Below are positions 1 to 10,034 of a DNA stretch of 42,083 nucleotides, in pieces. A model generated the notes under the pieces. That model was not told the DNA's origin. It did no database searches and worked only from the letters and a program-made list of their open reading frames with translations. Numbering within the stretch: position 1 is the first letter of the stretch; each line of letters opens with the position of its first letter. The stretch is from Candidatus Kerfeldbacteria bacterium CG15_BIG_FIL_POST_REV_8_21_14_020_45_12 (GTDB lineage: Bacteria > Patescibacteriota > Patescibacteriia > UBA9570 > XYC2-FULL-38-9). The position numbers and the translations under genes are program-made. The stretch is taken from positions 1 through 42,083 of the forward strand of contig PFGC01000020.1 of the NCBI GenBank assembly GCA_002781785.1. The letters are read 5' to 3'.

Positions 1-1
1 T

Positions 2-796
2 GAGCCGGTAATATACGGAGTCATGAGTTACGCCACCGGCGAGTGGCCTCCGCAGGAAAAAAATAACTGGAAGATGCTAAAAGTAATACGAGCGATGGCA
101 AAGGCTCACCGCTTGGCCTATGGTGAGATCAAAGCAGAGATGCATAAGCAGAGACGTAAGGCCCACGTTGGCATTGCCAAAAATATGATCGATATATCAA
201 GCTATAATCACCGGGTCATTGATTATATATATGTCAGGCTCTCAGAGTATTTTTGGAACGAGTTATTTTATCGCTGGACCAAACGCTCTCACGATTTCCT
301 CGGGGTCAATTACTATTTTCACCAGCGCGTTAGACGCAAACGCGGCGGAGGTTTTATCTTTGTCGATGTTAGAAAAGAGGAGGGGAGAGAAAGTTCAGAC
401 CTTGGCTGGGAAGTTTTTGCACCTGGTCTGTTTGAGATTCTGATGAATCTAAAGAAGTACAAACTTCCAATTTATATAACCGAAAATGGAATTGCTACAG
501 TAAATGATGACAAGCGATCCCGCTTCATTGTCGCGCACACTAAGGAGATCTATCATGCCATTCAGGCTGGTGCCAAAGTTAAGGGGTATTTTCACTGGTC
601 GTTATTAGACAACTTTGAGTGGGATAAGGGGTTTGAGCCAAGATTTGGTCTCGTCGCCATAAATTACGGAACGCTGAAGAGGACTATTCGCGACAGCGCT
701 TACGTCTATGCGCGTATTGCCAAGGAGAATGCCATTTCTCATGACCTACTCAGATTCATCGGACACGGAGCTCCAAAAGAACATCAGGAGCAATAG
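2..796 (+). CDS. Glycoside hydrolase family 1 (beta-glucosidase-like), 5'-truncated by window edge
   Basis: Frame is open from position 2 (EPVIYGVM..., matching the tail of the NEP acid/base motif). Contains DFLGVNYY, the nucleophile motif ITENG, and GYFHWSLLDNFEW...RFGL. Confidence 0.93.
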   Translation, partial: EPVIYGVMSYATGEWPPQEKNNWKMLKVIRAMAKAHRLAYGEIKAEMHKQRRKAHVGIAKNMIDISSYNHRVIDYIYVRLSEYFWNELFYRWTKRSHDFLGVNYYFHQRVRRKRGGGFIFVDVRKEEGRESSDLGWEVFAPGLFEILMNLKKYKLPIYITENGIATVNDDKRSRFIVAHTKEIYHAIQAGAKVKGYFHWSLLDNFEWDKGFEPRFGLVAINYGTLKRTIRDSAYVYARIAKENAISHDLLRFIGHGAPKEHQEQ

Positions 797-799
797 TCT

Positions 800-1822
800 A
801 TGCCTCGGCACACCAAGAGACACATTAAATTATTTATCTGGTTTCCCATTGTCACTCTTATAGTGGGCGTAAGCTTTTGGTTTTGGAGTCAGTATGGTAA
901 CAATCCCTACCCCAATTATTCTATTCAGTATGGCACGACCTTTAGTAGTAAATATGCTAAAGAGCTAGGTCTAGATTGGCAAGCTGCTTATATTGCAACT
1001 CTAGATGATTTGGGAGTTAAGCACTTGCGGATACCAATCTACTGGGACGAAGTGGAAACTGAGCCAGGTGTATATATTTTGACTCACGTTGAGTGGATGT
1101 TAAACGAAGCTGCGGGTAGAGGAGCGGATGTTACTTTAGTGGTTGGGAATAGAGTTCCTCGTTGGCCAGAGTGTCACCCTCCGATCTGGACGATCAATTT
1201 ATCCGAATCAGAGGTTAACCAAGCTGAAGCCAGGCTCGTTCGGGAGGTCGTCACCACCTTCAAGGGGCATCCTGCCCTCAAGCGCTGGCAAGTTGAGAAC
1301 GAACCATTTCTCAGTGTCTTCGGTGAGTGTGAACCACCTAACGATACCCACATTGCTGCTATGTCCCAACTTGTCCATGATCTTGATCAGCAGCATGAAA
1401 TTATGATTACCGATAGCGGAGAGTTGAGTAGTTGGACGAAGGCCGCCAGCGGCGCTGATGTGCTTGGAATTAGTATGTATCGAGTAACTTGGAATTCTTT
1501 TTGGGGATATTTTTATTATCCAATACCTCCAGTCCATTACTCTGCCAAAGCCAAGTTAGTTGAACCGCTGGTCAATAAAGTCATTGTTTCAGAGCTTCAA
1601 GTTGAACCTTGGCCTCCAGGACTACTAACGGCAACTCCGCTAGCAGAACAATTTAAATCCATGAATCAGGAGAGAATTAACGCTAATATAGATTTTGCTA
1701 GACGAACTGGGTTTTCCGAAGTATACCTTTGGGGCACTGAATGGTGGTACTGGTTAAAAACCGAGCAAAATTCACCAGATATTTGGAATAATGGAAGGCA
1801 AATATTTGAATCAAGTCGGTAG
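800..1822 (+). CDS. Membrane-anchored clan GH-A glycoside hydrolase (GH5/GH42-like TIM barrel)
   Basis: Basic N-terminus plus one TM helix; LGVKHLRIPIYWDEVE, WQVENEP acid/base motif, candidate nucleophile VSELQ, LWGTEWWYW. Confidence 0.75.
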   Translation: MPRHTKRHIKLFIWFPIVTLIVGVSFWFWSQYGNNPYPNYSIQYGTTFSSKYAKELGLDWQAAYIATLDDLGVKHLRIPIYWDEVETEPGVYILTHVEWMLNEAAGRGADVTLVVGNRVPRWPECHPPIWTINLSESEVNQAEARLVREVVTTFKGHPALKRWQVENEPFLSVFGECEPPNDTHIAAMSQLVHDLDQQHEIMITDSGELSSWTKAASGADVLGISMYRVTWNSFWGYFYYPIPPVHYSAKAKLVEPLVNKVIVSELQVEPWPPGLLTATPLAEQFKSMNQERINANIDFARRTGFSEVYLWGTEWWYWLKTEQNSPDIWNNGRQIFESSR

Positions 1823-1848
1823 CCATACTATTAAAATCGCTAACAATC

Positions 1849-1857
1849 TGATATAAT
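1849..1857 (+). promoter_or_regulatory. Extended -10 promoter (TGATATAAT), probably leaderless transcript for the Kef-type gene
   Basis: TGnTATAAT ends 7 nt before the ATG at 1865, with no SD sequence. Confidence 0.6.
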
Positions 1858-1864
1858 CTCCCCC

Positions 1865-3565
1865 ATGGATGCCATTTTTTTTGAAAGCATATTCTTTGAA
1901 GTAAGTGCCGTTCTGGTTGTCGGAACCGTTTTTGCTGCTGTTGCAGTATTTATGCGTCAACCGACTATCCCAGCTTACATTTTGGCCGGAGTAGTTATCG
2001 GGCCAGCTGTTTTGAATATTCTTCATAATGCAGACTTGCTCAACGCTTTAGCCGAGTTTGGTATCGCATTTTTACTTTTCCTAGTTGGCATAGAGCTGGA
2101 CTTGCGCAAGTTAATGAAAACGGGTCGAGTGTCCATTGTTTTGGGATTTGTGCAGATGGGTTTTTCGGTAGGTTTCGGTTATGTGCTTATTAGAATGCTT
2201 GGCTTTCACAGTTCAGAGGCAGCCTTTTTAGCATTGGCTCTCGGTTTTTCTAGTACCATTGTGGCTGTTAAAATTCTGGGTGAACGCAAGGAAATTCACA
2301 CCATGTATGCACAAATTGTCATAGGCCTCCTTTTGACACAAGACTTCATAGCTATCCTTCTTCTAATTTTGTTAAATGTCTTTGGTGGTTCTGGTATTGA
2401 GTCTAGCCTTGGCACTGCCATAGGCGTGGCCTTTGTGAAAGGAGCGGTTATCGTGCTAGCAGCTATAATTGCCTCACGTTACGTTCTGGGTCCACTTTTT
2501 AAATACTTCGCCAGATCTGACGAGCTACTTTTTTTGGGTTCAATTTGTTGGTGTCTAATTTTTGCAGCAACCGCCCATGTACTAGGCTTTTCAATTGAGC
2601 TTGGAGCCATTGCTGCCGGACTTAGCCTATCATTTCAACCTTACAGCGTGGCTATTGGCAATCGAATTAAGTCTCTTCGTGATTTCTTTCTACCATTTTT
2701 CTTCGCTGTCTTGGGTGGTCAGTTGGTCTTTAGTGGAACAGAGTCAGTCTTCATGCCCACTTTAGTTTTGTCCACTTTGGTGCTAGTAATTATGCCAGTC
2801 ATAGTTATCGGAGCCTTGATGTATTTCGGTTATCGAGCTCGAACAAGTTTTCAAGCCGGCATGGCTATTGGTCAGGTTAGTGAATTTTCATTTATTGTTA
2901 TGAGTTTGGGTTTTTCGGCAGGAATTATATCTCGTGATATCGTAGCTCTAGTTGCCTTGATCGGATTAGTCACAATGACTTTGTCTAGTTATATGATGAA
3001 GTACTCGGAGCATCTTTATGTTTATATACGTCCAATCCTAAAACGCTTTGAGAGGAGCACCGTTAGACTTCAAGATGATACCGAGGGTGAGCGACTAAAA
3101 GGTCATGCTATTATTTTTGGCTACAGCACCATGGGCTCAAAAGTACAACAGTTATTTGTGCGCATGGGGCTACCAACTTTGGTTGTAGATAATAATCCAG
3201 ACGTTATTGATCAACTACAAAGGAAGAAAATACCGGAATTATACGGAAACCTTAATGACACTGATATTCTAGCAGAGGCAAATATTTCTCAGGCCAAATA
3301 TGTTGTTACTACTGTTCCAAGCACAAATGTCGTACGTGGACTTTTGGAGTGGGTACAAAAAAATAACCTAACTTGTACAGTAATTGTTACAGCCTTTGAA
3401 ATAGACGATGCCCTTAGGTTCTATGAAATGGGGGCTGATTTTGTGCTGTACCCAACCTTTATCAGTGCAGATTATCTGGATGATTTACTGACTAGCAAGC
3501 AACTGGTTCGTAAGCGCAAGAGGCACATTGGTGAAATGAAAAAGCTAAAAGAGCTGACGATATGA
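1865..3565 (+). CDS. CPA2-family cation:proton antiporter with C-terminal TrkA-N/KTN domain (Kef-like)
   Basis: About 12-13 TM helices; FLLFLVGIELD, SSTIV, LLTQD, QVSEFSF motifs; soluble Rossmann-like tail (IIFGYSTMG, VVDNNP, YGNLND). Confidence 0.92.
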   Translation: MDAIFFESIFFEVSAVLVVGTVFAAVAVFMRQPTIPAYILAGVVIGPAVLNILHNADLLNALAEFGIAFLLFLVGIELDLRKLMKTGRVSIVLGFVQMGFSVGFGYVLIRMLGFHSSEAAFLALALGFSSTIVAVKILGERKEIHTMYAQIVIGLLLTQDFIAILLLILLNVFGGSGIESSLGTAIGVAFVKGAVIVLAAIIASRYVLGPLFKYFARSDELLFLGSICWCLIFAATAHVLGFSIELGAIAAGLSLSFQPYSVAIGNRIKSLRDFFLPFFFAVLGGQLVFSGTESVFMPTLVLSTLVLVIMPVIVIGALMYFGYRARTSFQAGMAIGQVSEFSFIVMSLGFSAGIISRDIVALVALIGLVTMTLSSYMMKYSEHLYVYIRPILKRFERSTVRLQDDTEGERLKGHAIIFGYSTMGSKVQQLFVRMGLPTLVVDNNPDVIDQLQRKKIPELYGNLNDTDILAEANISQAKYVVTTVPSTNVVRGLLEWVQKNNLTCTVIVTAFEIDDALRFYEMGADFVLYPTFISADYLDDLLTSKQLVRKRKRHIGEMKKLKELTI

Positions 3566-5034
3566 GCCAGGCAGTTGAGCCAAAGGGTCAGATCAAAGCA
3601 GATTCAACTGCAGAGGGCTCGTCCTCCCAGTTTGCGCTGCCTTCGCATTTACTCAAGAGTAAACTAAGGCCATGGGTAATTATCGGAACCTTTATTCTGT
3701 TCGCGCTAATAATAATAGCGCCGACACCAGACGGTCTTAGTCGAGTGGGGCAAAATGCCATCGCTATCTTTGTTCTATGCTTAATTTTCTGGGTCAGCAA
3801 CGCTATTCCGCTCATGATAACGAGCATGCTTGCCATTATTCTATTGCCTCTTCTTAACGTGATGGAGGCGAAGGCAGCCTACGCCTTATTTGGAAATCAA
3901 GCTGTCTTTTTTATTCTCGGCGCTTTCATTTTAGCTTCGGCTGTGATGCAATCCGGCTTAAGTTTAAGGATCGCCCTACGGCTGCTGCAGTATTTTCAAG
4001 CCACAAGACAGCGGTTACTGTTTGGTTTACTGGTGCTCCCAGCTGGGCTTTCTATGGTGATGTCAGAACACGCCGTTGCTGCCATGATGTTCCCGGTAGT
4101 TTTAGAAATGTGCGTGGTACTAAAGTTTGAACCGGGCAATCGATCAGCTTTAACGATGATGCTGGCCATGACTTGGGGTTGTATTATTGGTGGAATAGGC
4201 ACTTTTCTAGGGGGTGCTCGGGCGGTCTTGGCAGTTGGTATTCTCGAGGAGACCACCGGTATATCAATTGGATTCCTGGAATGGGCTCTGGCGGCTATTC
4301 CTATCGTTATACTAATGCTGGGAGTTGCCTACTTACTGCTTCTGTTTATTTCACGTCACGAACCAAAAACCTTTTCCGGAGCTAGAGAGCTTCTACAACA
4401 AAAGCTGACCAACCTCGGTAAGCGTACCCGGCGCGAAACCTACGTCGGACTGCTAATGATTATTACCATCCTGGCTTGGGCCACCGTCGGGCATTACTTT
4501 GGTCTAGCCAATATAGCCTTGGCCGCTGTGGTTGTGGCCTTTATCTTTAAGTTACTGAGCTGGAAACAGGTAGAAAAAGATGTGAATTGGGGAATCATTC
4601 TGATGTATGGAGGGGCGATAGCGCTTGGATTTACACTTGATCAATCAGGGGCTGCTAGCTGGCTAACACAGCTTATCCTTGGTGATGGAGTTATGACGGG
4701 AATATTCCTGGTCTTCATACTGGCAGTTATAGGTACAGTTCTGACCGAGGGTATTAGTAACAGTGCGGTTGTCGCGCTAATGATGCCGATTGCTATTGCT
4801 TTAGCTGCTCAAAATGGAGTAGATGTCAGAACTGCAACATTGGCACTAGCCATCCCCAGCGGATTAGCCTTTATGCTGCCAATTTCTACGCCAGCAACAG
4901 CGATTGCCGTATCGTCTAAGTATGTAACTGCCAGAAACACCATGAGCACTGGCATAATATTGAATTCAGTTGCCATTGGCCTATTTGTGCTGGCCGCCCT
5001 CTTGTATTGGCCGTCAATTGGGTTTACAGTCTAA
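3562..5034 (+). CDS. DASS/SLC13-family sodium-coupled anion symporter
   Basis: Polytopic membrane protein with DASS-like WVSNAIP, VNWGIILMYGG, TEGISNS and AFMLPISTPA motifs; ATGA overlap with the upstream gene. Confidence 0.87.
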   Translation: MSQAVEPKGQIKADSTAEGSSSQFALPSHLLKSKLRPWVIIGTFILFALIIIAPTPDGLSRVGQNAIAIFVLCLIFWVSNAIPLMITSMLAIILLPLLNVMEAKAAYALFGNQAVFFILGAFILASAVMQSGLSLRIALRLLQYFQATRQRLLFGLLVLPAGLSMVMSEHAVAAMMFPVVLEMCVVLKFEPGNRSALTMMLAMTWGCIIGGIGTFLGGARAVLAVGILEETTGISIGFLEWALAAIPIVILMLGVAYLLLLFISRHEPKTFSGARELLQQKLTNLGKRTRRETYVGLLMIITILAWATVGHYFGLANIALAAVVVAFIFKLLSWKQVEKDVNWGIILMYGGAIALGFTLDQSGAASWLTQLILGDGVMTGIFLVFILAVIGTVLTEGISNSAVVALMMPIAIALAAQNGVDVRTATLALAIPSGLAFMLPISTPATAIAVSSKYVTARNTMSTGIILNSVAIGLFVLAALLYWPSIGFTV

Positions 5035-5036
5035 CT

Positions 5037-5759
5037 ATGACCAAGCTTCACACAGAATTGAACAATACTGACACCTTGCGAGGAAAGGCAATGAATTCAC
5101 TGCGAGAGGTGGTTTTTGGGCTGGAAGACGGTATCGTATCAACACTCGGTTCCATCACCGGAATTGCCGCTGCGACACACAACTCTTTTTTCATCATTTT
5201 GGCCGGATTTGTCATTATTTTCGTAGAATCTTTGTCGATGGCTGCTGGAACCTTTCTGGCCTCAAAAACAGATAGAGAGATGAATCAACGCATTATTGCT
5301 GAAGAGAGGGCAGAAATAGATAGTGACCCTGAAGGACAAAGGCAAAAACTCTCCGACCATTATCGCGCTAGAGGATTTAATGATGAAGAAATCAGCATTT
5401 TAGTTAACCGAATAACTCAAAACAAGGATCTGTGGTTGGAAGAAATGGCTCACAAGGACCTTGGTGTCAGCGTTGATCCGTCTCATACTCCTGGCTTGGA
5501 CGGAGTTTTTATGGGAGTTTCCTACGTGATTGGTGGTTTTGTATCTTTAATACCCTACTTCTTTTTGGAGGCTGCCACAGCAATCCCTCTTTCCATTGGC
5601 GCCTGCGTAATCGCTTTATTTGCCGTAGGTTGGGTTAAGGGCTACCTAGTTAGAGTCAATGCTGTTAAGAGTGGTCTGGAGATGCTGTTAATTTCACTAT
5701 CGGCTGTAGCCGTGGGTTATGGTGTAGGACAAGTCATTAGCTACTACTTCGGGGTATGA
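5037..5759 (+). CDS. VIT1/CCC1-family Fe2+/Mn2+ transporter
   Basis: LREVVFGLEDGIVST and SLSMAAGTFL motifs with an acidic cytoplasmic domain; ATG at 5037 directly after the upstream stop is preferred over 5007. Confidence 0.92.
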   Translation: MTKLHTELNNTDTLRGKAMNSLREVVFGLEDGIVSTLGSITGIAAATHNSFFIILAGFVIIFVESLSMAAGTFLASKTDREMNQRIIAEERAEIDSDPEGQRQKLSDHYRARGFNDEEISILVNRITQNKDLWLEEMAHKDLGVSVDPSHTPGLDGVFMGVSYVIGGFVSLIPYFFLEAATAIPLSIGACVIALFAVGWVKGYLVRVNAVKSGLEMLLISLSAVAVGYGVGQVISYYFGV

Positions 5760-6433
5760 ACATGGCAGCGCGCCTGCTTCCACTGCTGATATTTATCGTT
5801 GCTATACCCATCGTCATTATTTTGTTTGCAAATGATTCTCCAGAAGTAAGAATAGGACTGACTCACTATATTCTAATCGCTCTTTTTTTATTTCCAGTAA
5901 TCGTCGCTTACATCATTATTCTAGTAGTGGCTTTTCACCCTACTGCTTACAACTTTCAGCCCCATCCTGAAGACGAAGAAAAAAAAATTGACCCCATTCA
6001 TCATGCCGCTATTGGATTGATGATCGCACTGCTGCAAGATTTGTCTAATGGTCATGTCGAAGATTCTCGTTTTTATAGACCAGAATTGCAACAAATGCTG
6101 GCATACGAACAACAGCAATACCGAATCTATTTCGATCGCGGCTATCATTTTGTGTTTCAGTTTCACAACGATGATCACTATGAAACACACTTGTTCTCAA
6201 AGTTAAGTGATGATGAAGTTATTATTGAACTCGAGGGTTTGTTCGACTACTATTTTGAGCGCAATGGTGAGCGCCACCGTACTCCTCACGGCTATGACAC
6301 TACTGAGCCACTATTGCGGTGTCCTGCCAGGGTTCGTTGTCGTTTACAGCGACTGAACCAAACTGCTCCCTGGCAACTGGCTGGATTTAGTGAAAATATT
6401 CGTGGAGGACAGCTAGGATTAGCCACTCAATAA
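5756..6433 (+). CDS. Hypothetical membrane protein (2 N-terminal TM helices plus soluble domain)
   Basis: 225-aa ORF with ATGA overlap to VIT1; two hydrophobic segments, then a soluble domain with no recognised motif. Confidence 0.7.
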   Translation: MNMAARLLPLLIFIVAIPIVIILFANDSPEVRIGLTHYILIALFLFPVIVAYIIILVVAFHPTAYNFQPHPEDEEKKIDPIHHAAIGLMIALLQDLSNGHVEDSRFYRPELQQMLAYEQQQYRIYFDRGYHFVFQFHNDDHYETHLFSKLSDDEVIIELEGLFDYYFERNGERHRTPHGYDTTEPLLRCPARVRCRLQRLNQTAPWQLAGFSENIRGGQLGLATQ

Positions 6434-6436
6434 TCT

Positions 6437-7279
6437 ATGAAGGTCCATGGGGCAGAATCAGGTTTTCGTCGCATCCGGGCAGTTGACTTGGCTCCTGTCG
6501 AGATTAATCATGAGAAAAACTATTTAAGCACTGAGGCTCTTGAAGAAAAGTTAGGTCAGATTAAAGCAAATTTAAAAACCTGGGGTCGCTGGGCTTGGGG
6601 CTTGAGTGAGACAACAGATCTTGCGGTTGTATCTCTTGAAGGGCTGACTCAAGTGCAACTCTTCGAGGGCCGAGACAGTGGCTTGGTAGAGGGGACGATC
6701 GAAGGCCTAAGAGCTACTTTAGATAATATTCATGGTGACGGCACTATTAATAACTACCGGATTGAATCAGCTGAGATTTGTAGAATCGCGGCCGGCCTTC
6801 TGTTGCTGGACCCAAGCCTAGTCGACCGCCTGCCAATTTTAAAGATTCTAGGAAAGCGCACATTTATTAGTGACCTTATTGAGAGCGTGCCTTCCTGGGC
6901 GGTTACAGATTCTGCCAATGAACTTTTAGCTGAGCAGATCCTCGAGCCTAAGCGCCGTCAACACCACAAAAACATGCGATATGATAGTATTTGCTTAAAA
7001 TTATCGGAGCAGCCTAATGTCTCTCCTGTCGATCGCCTCTATCTCTTGTCGACCTGGCAGGTGGTAAATGGAGGTGGGGTAGATCAGTTTTTGACAGCCA
7101 ATGACCGTAGCCTACTAAACTCGATGCGCTCTTCGACTGCTGCCAATCCATTTGAAAGCGCCCGCCTGGCCAGACTGCTTTTGGCGGATAGTATAAATAT
7201 AAATCAGCCTGGCTTACTAGAAATTACCCATAAGGCAGCCGGTTCAATTCAAACACTGCCAAGCCGTCCGATAGTCTAG
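6437..7279 (+). CDS. Hypothetical protein, member 1 of dispersed RxRAV...LPxR paralogue family
   Basis: 280-aa ORF 3 nt after the upstream stop; N-terminal RRIRAVDL, C-terminal LLLADSININQPGLLEI...LPSRPIV. Confidence 0.8.
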   Translation: MKVHGAESGFRRIRAVDLAPVEINHEKNYLSTEALEEKLGQIKANLKTWGRWAWGLSETTDLAVVSLEGLTQVQLFEGRDSGLVEGTIEGLRATLDNIHGDGTINNYRIESAEICRIAAGLLLLDPSLVDRLPILKILGKRTFISDLIESVPSWAVTDSANELLAEQILEPKRRQHHKNMRYDSICLKLSEQPNVSPVDRLYLLSTWQVVNGGGVDQFLTANDRSLLNSMRSSTAANPFESARLARLLLADSININQPGLLEITHKAAGSIQTLPSRPIV

Positions 7280-7286
7280 TTTTTCT

Positions 7287-7314
7287 TTGCACTTGGCCAA
7301 AAAACTGTTATAAT
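7287..7314 (+). promoter_or_regulatory. Sigma70-type promoter for the glyQS gene run
   Basis: TTGCAC-N16-TATAAT with extended TG (TGTTATAAT), about 40 nt before ATG 7355. Confidence 0.7.
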
Positions 7315-7354
7315 ATGCCCTAGTTAAGGGTAAGTTTATTGTGTATTTTTGCGT

Positions 7355-8731
7355 ATGAAAGCTATTTCTATTGAAGACATTATCTCCCTAGCCAAGCGCC
7401 GGGGGTTCGTATTTCCATCCTCAGAGATTTATGGGGGTTTTGCTGCAGTTTACGATTACGGGCCTTATGGCGTAGAGCTAGCTAATAATATTAAAGCTGC
7501 TTGGTGGAAGGCCATGGTCCAGCAACGTGAGGATATCGTCGGACTCGATTCAAGTATCACCATGAGCCCACGAATCTGGGAGGCCAGTGGTCACGTTGGG
7601 GGGTTCGCTGATCCGCTGACAGAGTGTCGACAGTGTCACACTAGGCATCGTGTTGACCATTTGCTCGAAGATATTAAAGTTCAAGCTGACGAGAAAATGA
7701 GTGAGCCCGAAATTAACTCGCTGTTTGACGAGCACAAATCTAAACTAAAGTGTCCTAGCTGCGGCAAGAGCGATTTTAGCGCAGTAAAAAAGTTTAATCT
7801 GCTAGTAAAAACCAATCTAGGTAATTTTACTGGAGACATGGATGATCCAGTTTACCTTAGAGGAGAAACTTGCCAGGGTATTTATGTTAACTTTAAAAAT
7901 GTCCTAGACTCAAGCCGAGTGCGAGTTCCCTTCGGCATAGCTCAAATTGGCAAGGCCTTTAGAAATGAAATAACCGCCCGACAGTTTATATTTCGAACAC
8001 GAGAATTCGAGCAAATGGAAATGCAATTCTTTTGCTCCCCGGACGATGAAATGAATCAATATGAAAAATTGCGTGAGGCTCGGTGGCAGTTTTACCTAGA
8101 CCTCGGCATTCAGCCTGAAAATCTACGTTGGCATAAACACGAGAATCTAGTCTTCTACGCGAAGGAGGCGTACGACATTGAATATAACTATCCTTTTGGC
8201 TGGAAGGAATTGGAGGGAGTGCACGCGCGAGGTGATTATGATTTGACGCAACACGCTAAACACTCTGGTCAGGCCTTAACCTACACCGATCCCCATACTA
8301 ATGAACAGTACGTGCCACATATTGTTGAATCATCAGTTGGCGTTGGCCGCACCATGTTGATGGTCCTGGCTGATTCATACAAGGTTGAACAAACCGAGGC
8401 AGGGGAGAGGACTGTTCTGAAGCTGCCAAAGAAACTAGCGCCTATACAAGTGGCAGTTTTTCCACTACTTCGCAATAAACCAGAGCTCGTAGCCAAAGCT
8501 AGAGAACTGTTCAATCAGTTAAAAGTTCAGTTTATGTGCGAGTTTGATGATAACGGAAACATTGGTAAGCGCTACCGTCGCCAGGACGAAATTGGCACGC
8601 CATATTGTGTTACGGTTGATTTTGAAACCCTTGAAGACAATGCCGTAACTCTGCGTGACCGTGACACTATGGTGCAATCCCGCGTTCCTCTGTCTGAACT
8701 AATAGCCCTCTTAGCTGAAAAATATTCATAA
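7355..8731 (+). CDS. glyQS: Glycine--tRNA ligase, homodimeric (alpha2) type
   Basis: KRRGFVFPSSEIYGG, YLRGETCQG, FRNEIT...FRTREFEQME, IGKRYRRQDEIGTP; CxxC/CxxC insert. ATG at 7355. Confidence 0.97.
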   Translation: MKAISIEDIISLAKRRGFVFPSSEIYGGFAAVYDYGPYGVELANNIKAAWWKAMVQQREDIVGLDSSITMSPRIWEASGHVGGFADPLTECRQCHTRHRVDHLLEDIKVQADEKMSEPEINSLFDEHKSKLKCPSCGKSDFSAVKKFNLLVKTNLGNFTGDMDDPVYLRGETCQGIYVNFKNVLDSSRVRVPFGIAQIGKAFRNEITARQFIFRTREFEQMEMQFFCSPDDEMNQYEKLREARWQFYLDLGIQPENLRWHKHENLVFYAKEAYDIEYNYPFGWKELEGVHARGDYDLTQHAKHSGQALTYTDPHTNEQYVPHIVESSVGVGRTMLMVLADSYKVEQTEAGERTVLKLPKKLAPIQVAVFPLLRNKPELVAKARELFNQLKVQFMCEFDDNGNIGKRYRRQDEIGTPYCVTVDFETLEDNAVTLRDRDTMVQSRVPLSELIALLAEKYS

Positions 8732-8738
8732 CTAGTTC

Positions 8739-10025
8739 ATGAAACAATACACTCTGCCTAACGGCATTCCAGTTATCTTAGATCAAATGACAGGCACGGA
8801 TGTTGTCACCGCTTTGGTTTTATTCAAGGTTGGCTCTCGTCATGAAACTAAGTCTATTAATGGCATTTCACATTTTTTGGAACACCTATTTTTTAAGGGA
8901 ACCGAGCACCGGCCAACCACTTTAGACATCTCACGTGAACTTGATGGAGTAGGGGCCGAGTTCAATGCCTTCACTAGCAAAGACTACACCGGTTACTACG
9001 TAAAAGTAGCTAGTCGTCATACGGCACTGGCTGTGGATATTTTGGAGGACATCCTGTTTCATCCAATTTTTGATCCCGCTGAGATTGATCGAGAACGTGG
9101 GGTTATTATAGAAGAGATCAACATGTATGAGGACAATCCGATGGCGACAGCTGAGGAGCTGTCAGAGGAAATGTTGTTTGGCGCAAATCATCCACTAGGC
9201 TACCGCATTGCCGGACCTAAATCCAACATCAATAAGATTACTCGCAAGCAAATCATGGATTATCGCGACACCTATTATCATCCAGATAACATGATTGTGG
9301 TATTGGCCGGTGGTTTACCGAAGGACACTTTGCAGATTATTAGACATAAGTTTGAACAAGCGCCGGAATCTGATCACAAAACTCCCAAGCAGAAGTCATT
9401 TAAATACGCGCAGCGTAGTAGTCGATTTCACTTGGAGCATAAGCCTACAGCCCAGGCTCATTTGGCTTTAAGTTTCCCTGCTCCACAGTATAAGGCAAAG
9501 TCAGTTTACGCGGCCCAGGTCTTGAGTACAATCCTAGGTGGCAACATGAGCTCTAGATTGTTTATTAATGTCCGAGAGCGACAAGGCCTTTGTTATTACA
9601 TTAGGTCTGGTGTTTCACCCTATGAGGATACCGGTGCTTTTACCATTCAAGCCGGCTTTGATACGACTCGCATCCAGCAGGCTGTTGAAGCCATTATGGC
9701 TGAGTTATCTGCTTTGCGAGATGCTGGGATTGAGGGTCATGAATTGAAAAACGCTAAGGAGTACCTACGCGGCAAAGTTAGCATTGCCATGGAAGATTCT
9801 GAAAGCATTGCAAACTGGTGGGGAAGACAGTGGCTTTTTTCTGAGATGATCGGTAGACCAGCCGTCTCCTCTAAAGATTACTTGAGAAAAATAAACGCAG
9901 TGACTATATCTGAGGTTAATAAATTGGCTAAGGATTTATTCATTTCCAGCCATGCTAACTTAGTTGTTATTGGTCCTTACTCAAAGCGTCAAGAGCAATC
10001 CCTCAAAAAATACCTCAATTTCTAA
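8739..10025 (+). CDS. M16-family (pitrilysin-like) zinc peptidase
   Basis: Inverted zinc motif HFLEH, NAFTS, LGGNMSSRLF..VRERQGL.Y. Confidence 0.95.
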   Translation: MKQYTLPNGIPVILDQMTGTDVVTALVLFKVGSRHETKSINGISHFLEHLFFKGTEHRPTTLDISRELDGVGAEFNAFTSKDYTGYYVKVASRHTALAVDILEDILFHPIFDPAEIDRERGVIIEEINMYEDNPMATAEELSEEMLFGANHPLGYRIAGPKSNINKITRKQIMDYRDTYYHPDNMIVVLAGGLPKDTLQIIRHKFEQAPESDHKTPKQKSFKYAQRSSRFHLEHKPTAQAHLALSFPAPQYKAKSVYAAQVLSTILGGNMSSRLFINVRERQGLCYYIRSGVSPYEDTGAFTIQAGFDTTRIQQAVEAIMAELSALRDAGIEGHELKNAKEYLRGKVSIAMEDSESIANWWGRQWLFSEMIGRPAVSSKDYLRKINAVTISEVNKLAKDLFISSHANLVVIGPYSKRQEQSLKKYLNF

Positions 10026-10034
10026 TTGACCAAT

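Noticed and set aside
7253-7279. C-terminal LPxR as a sortase LPxTG signal
   Set aside because: No TG and no following TM helix or basic tail; the motif lies within the last 7 residues.
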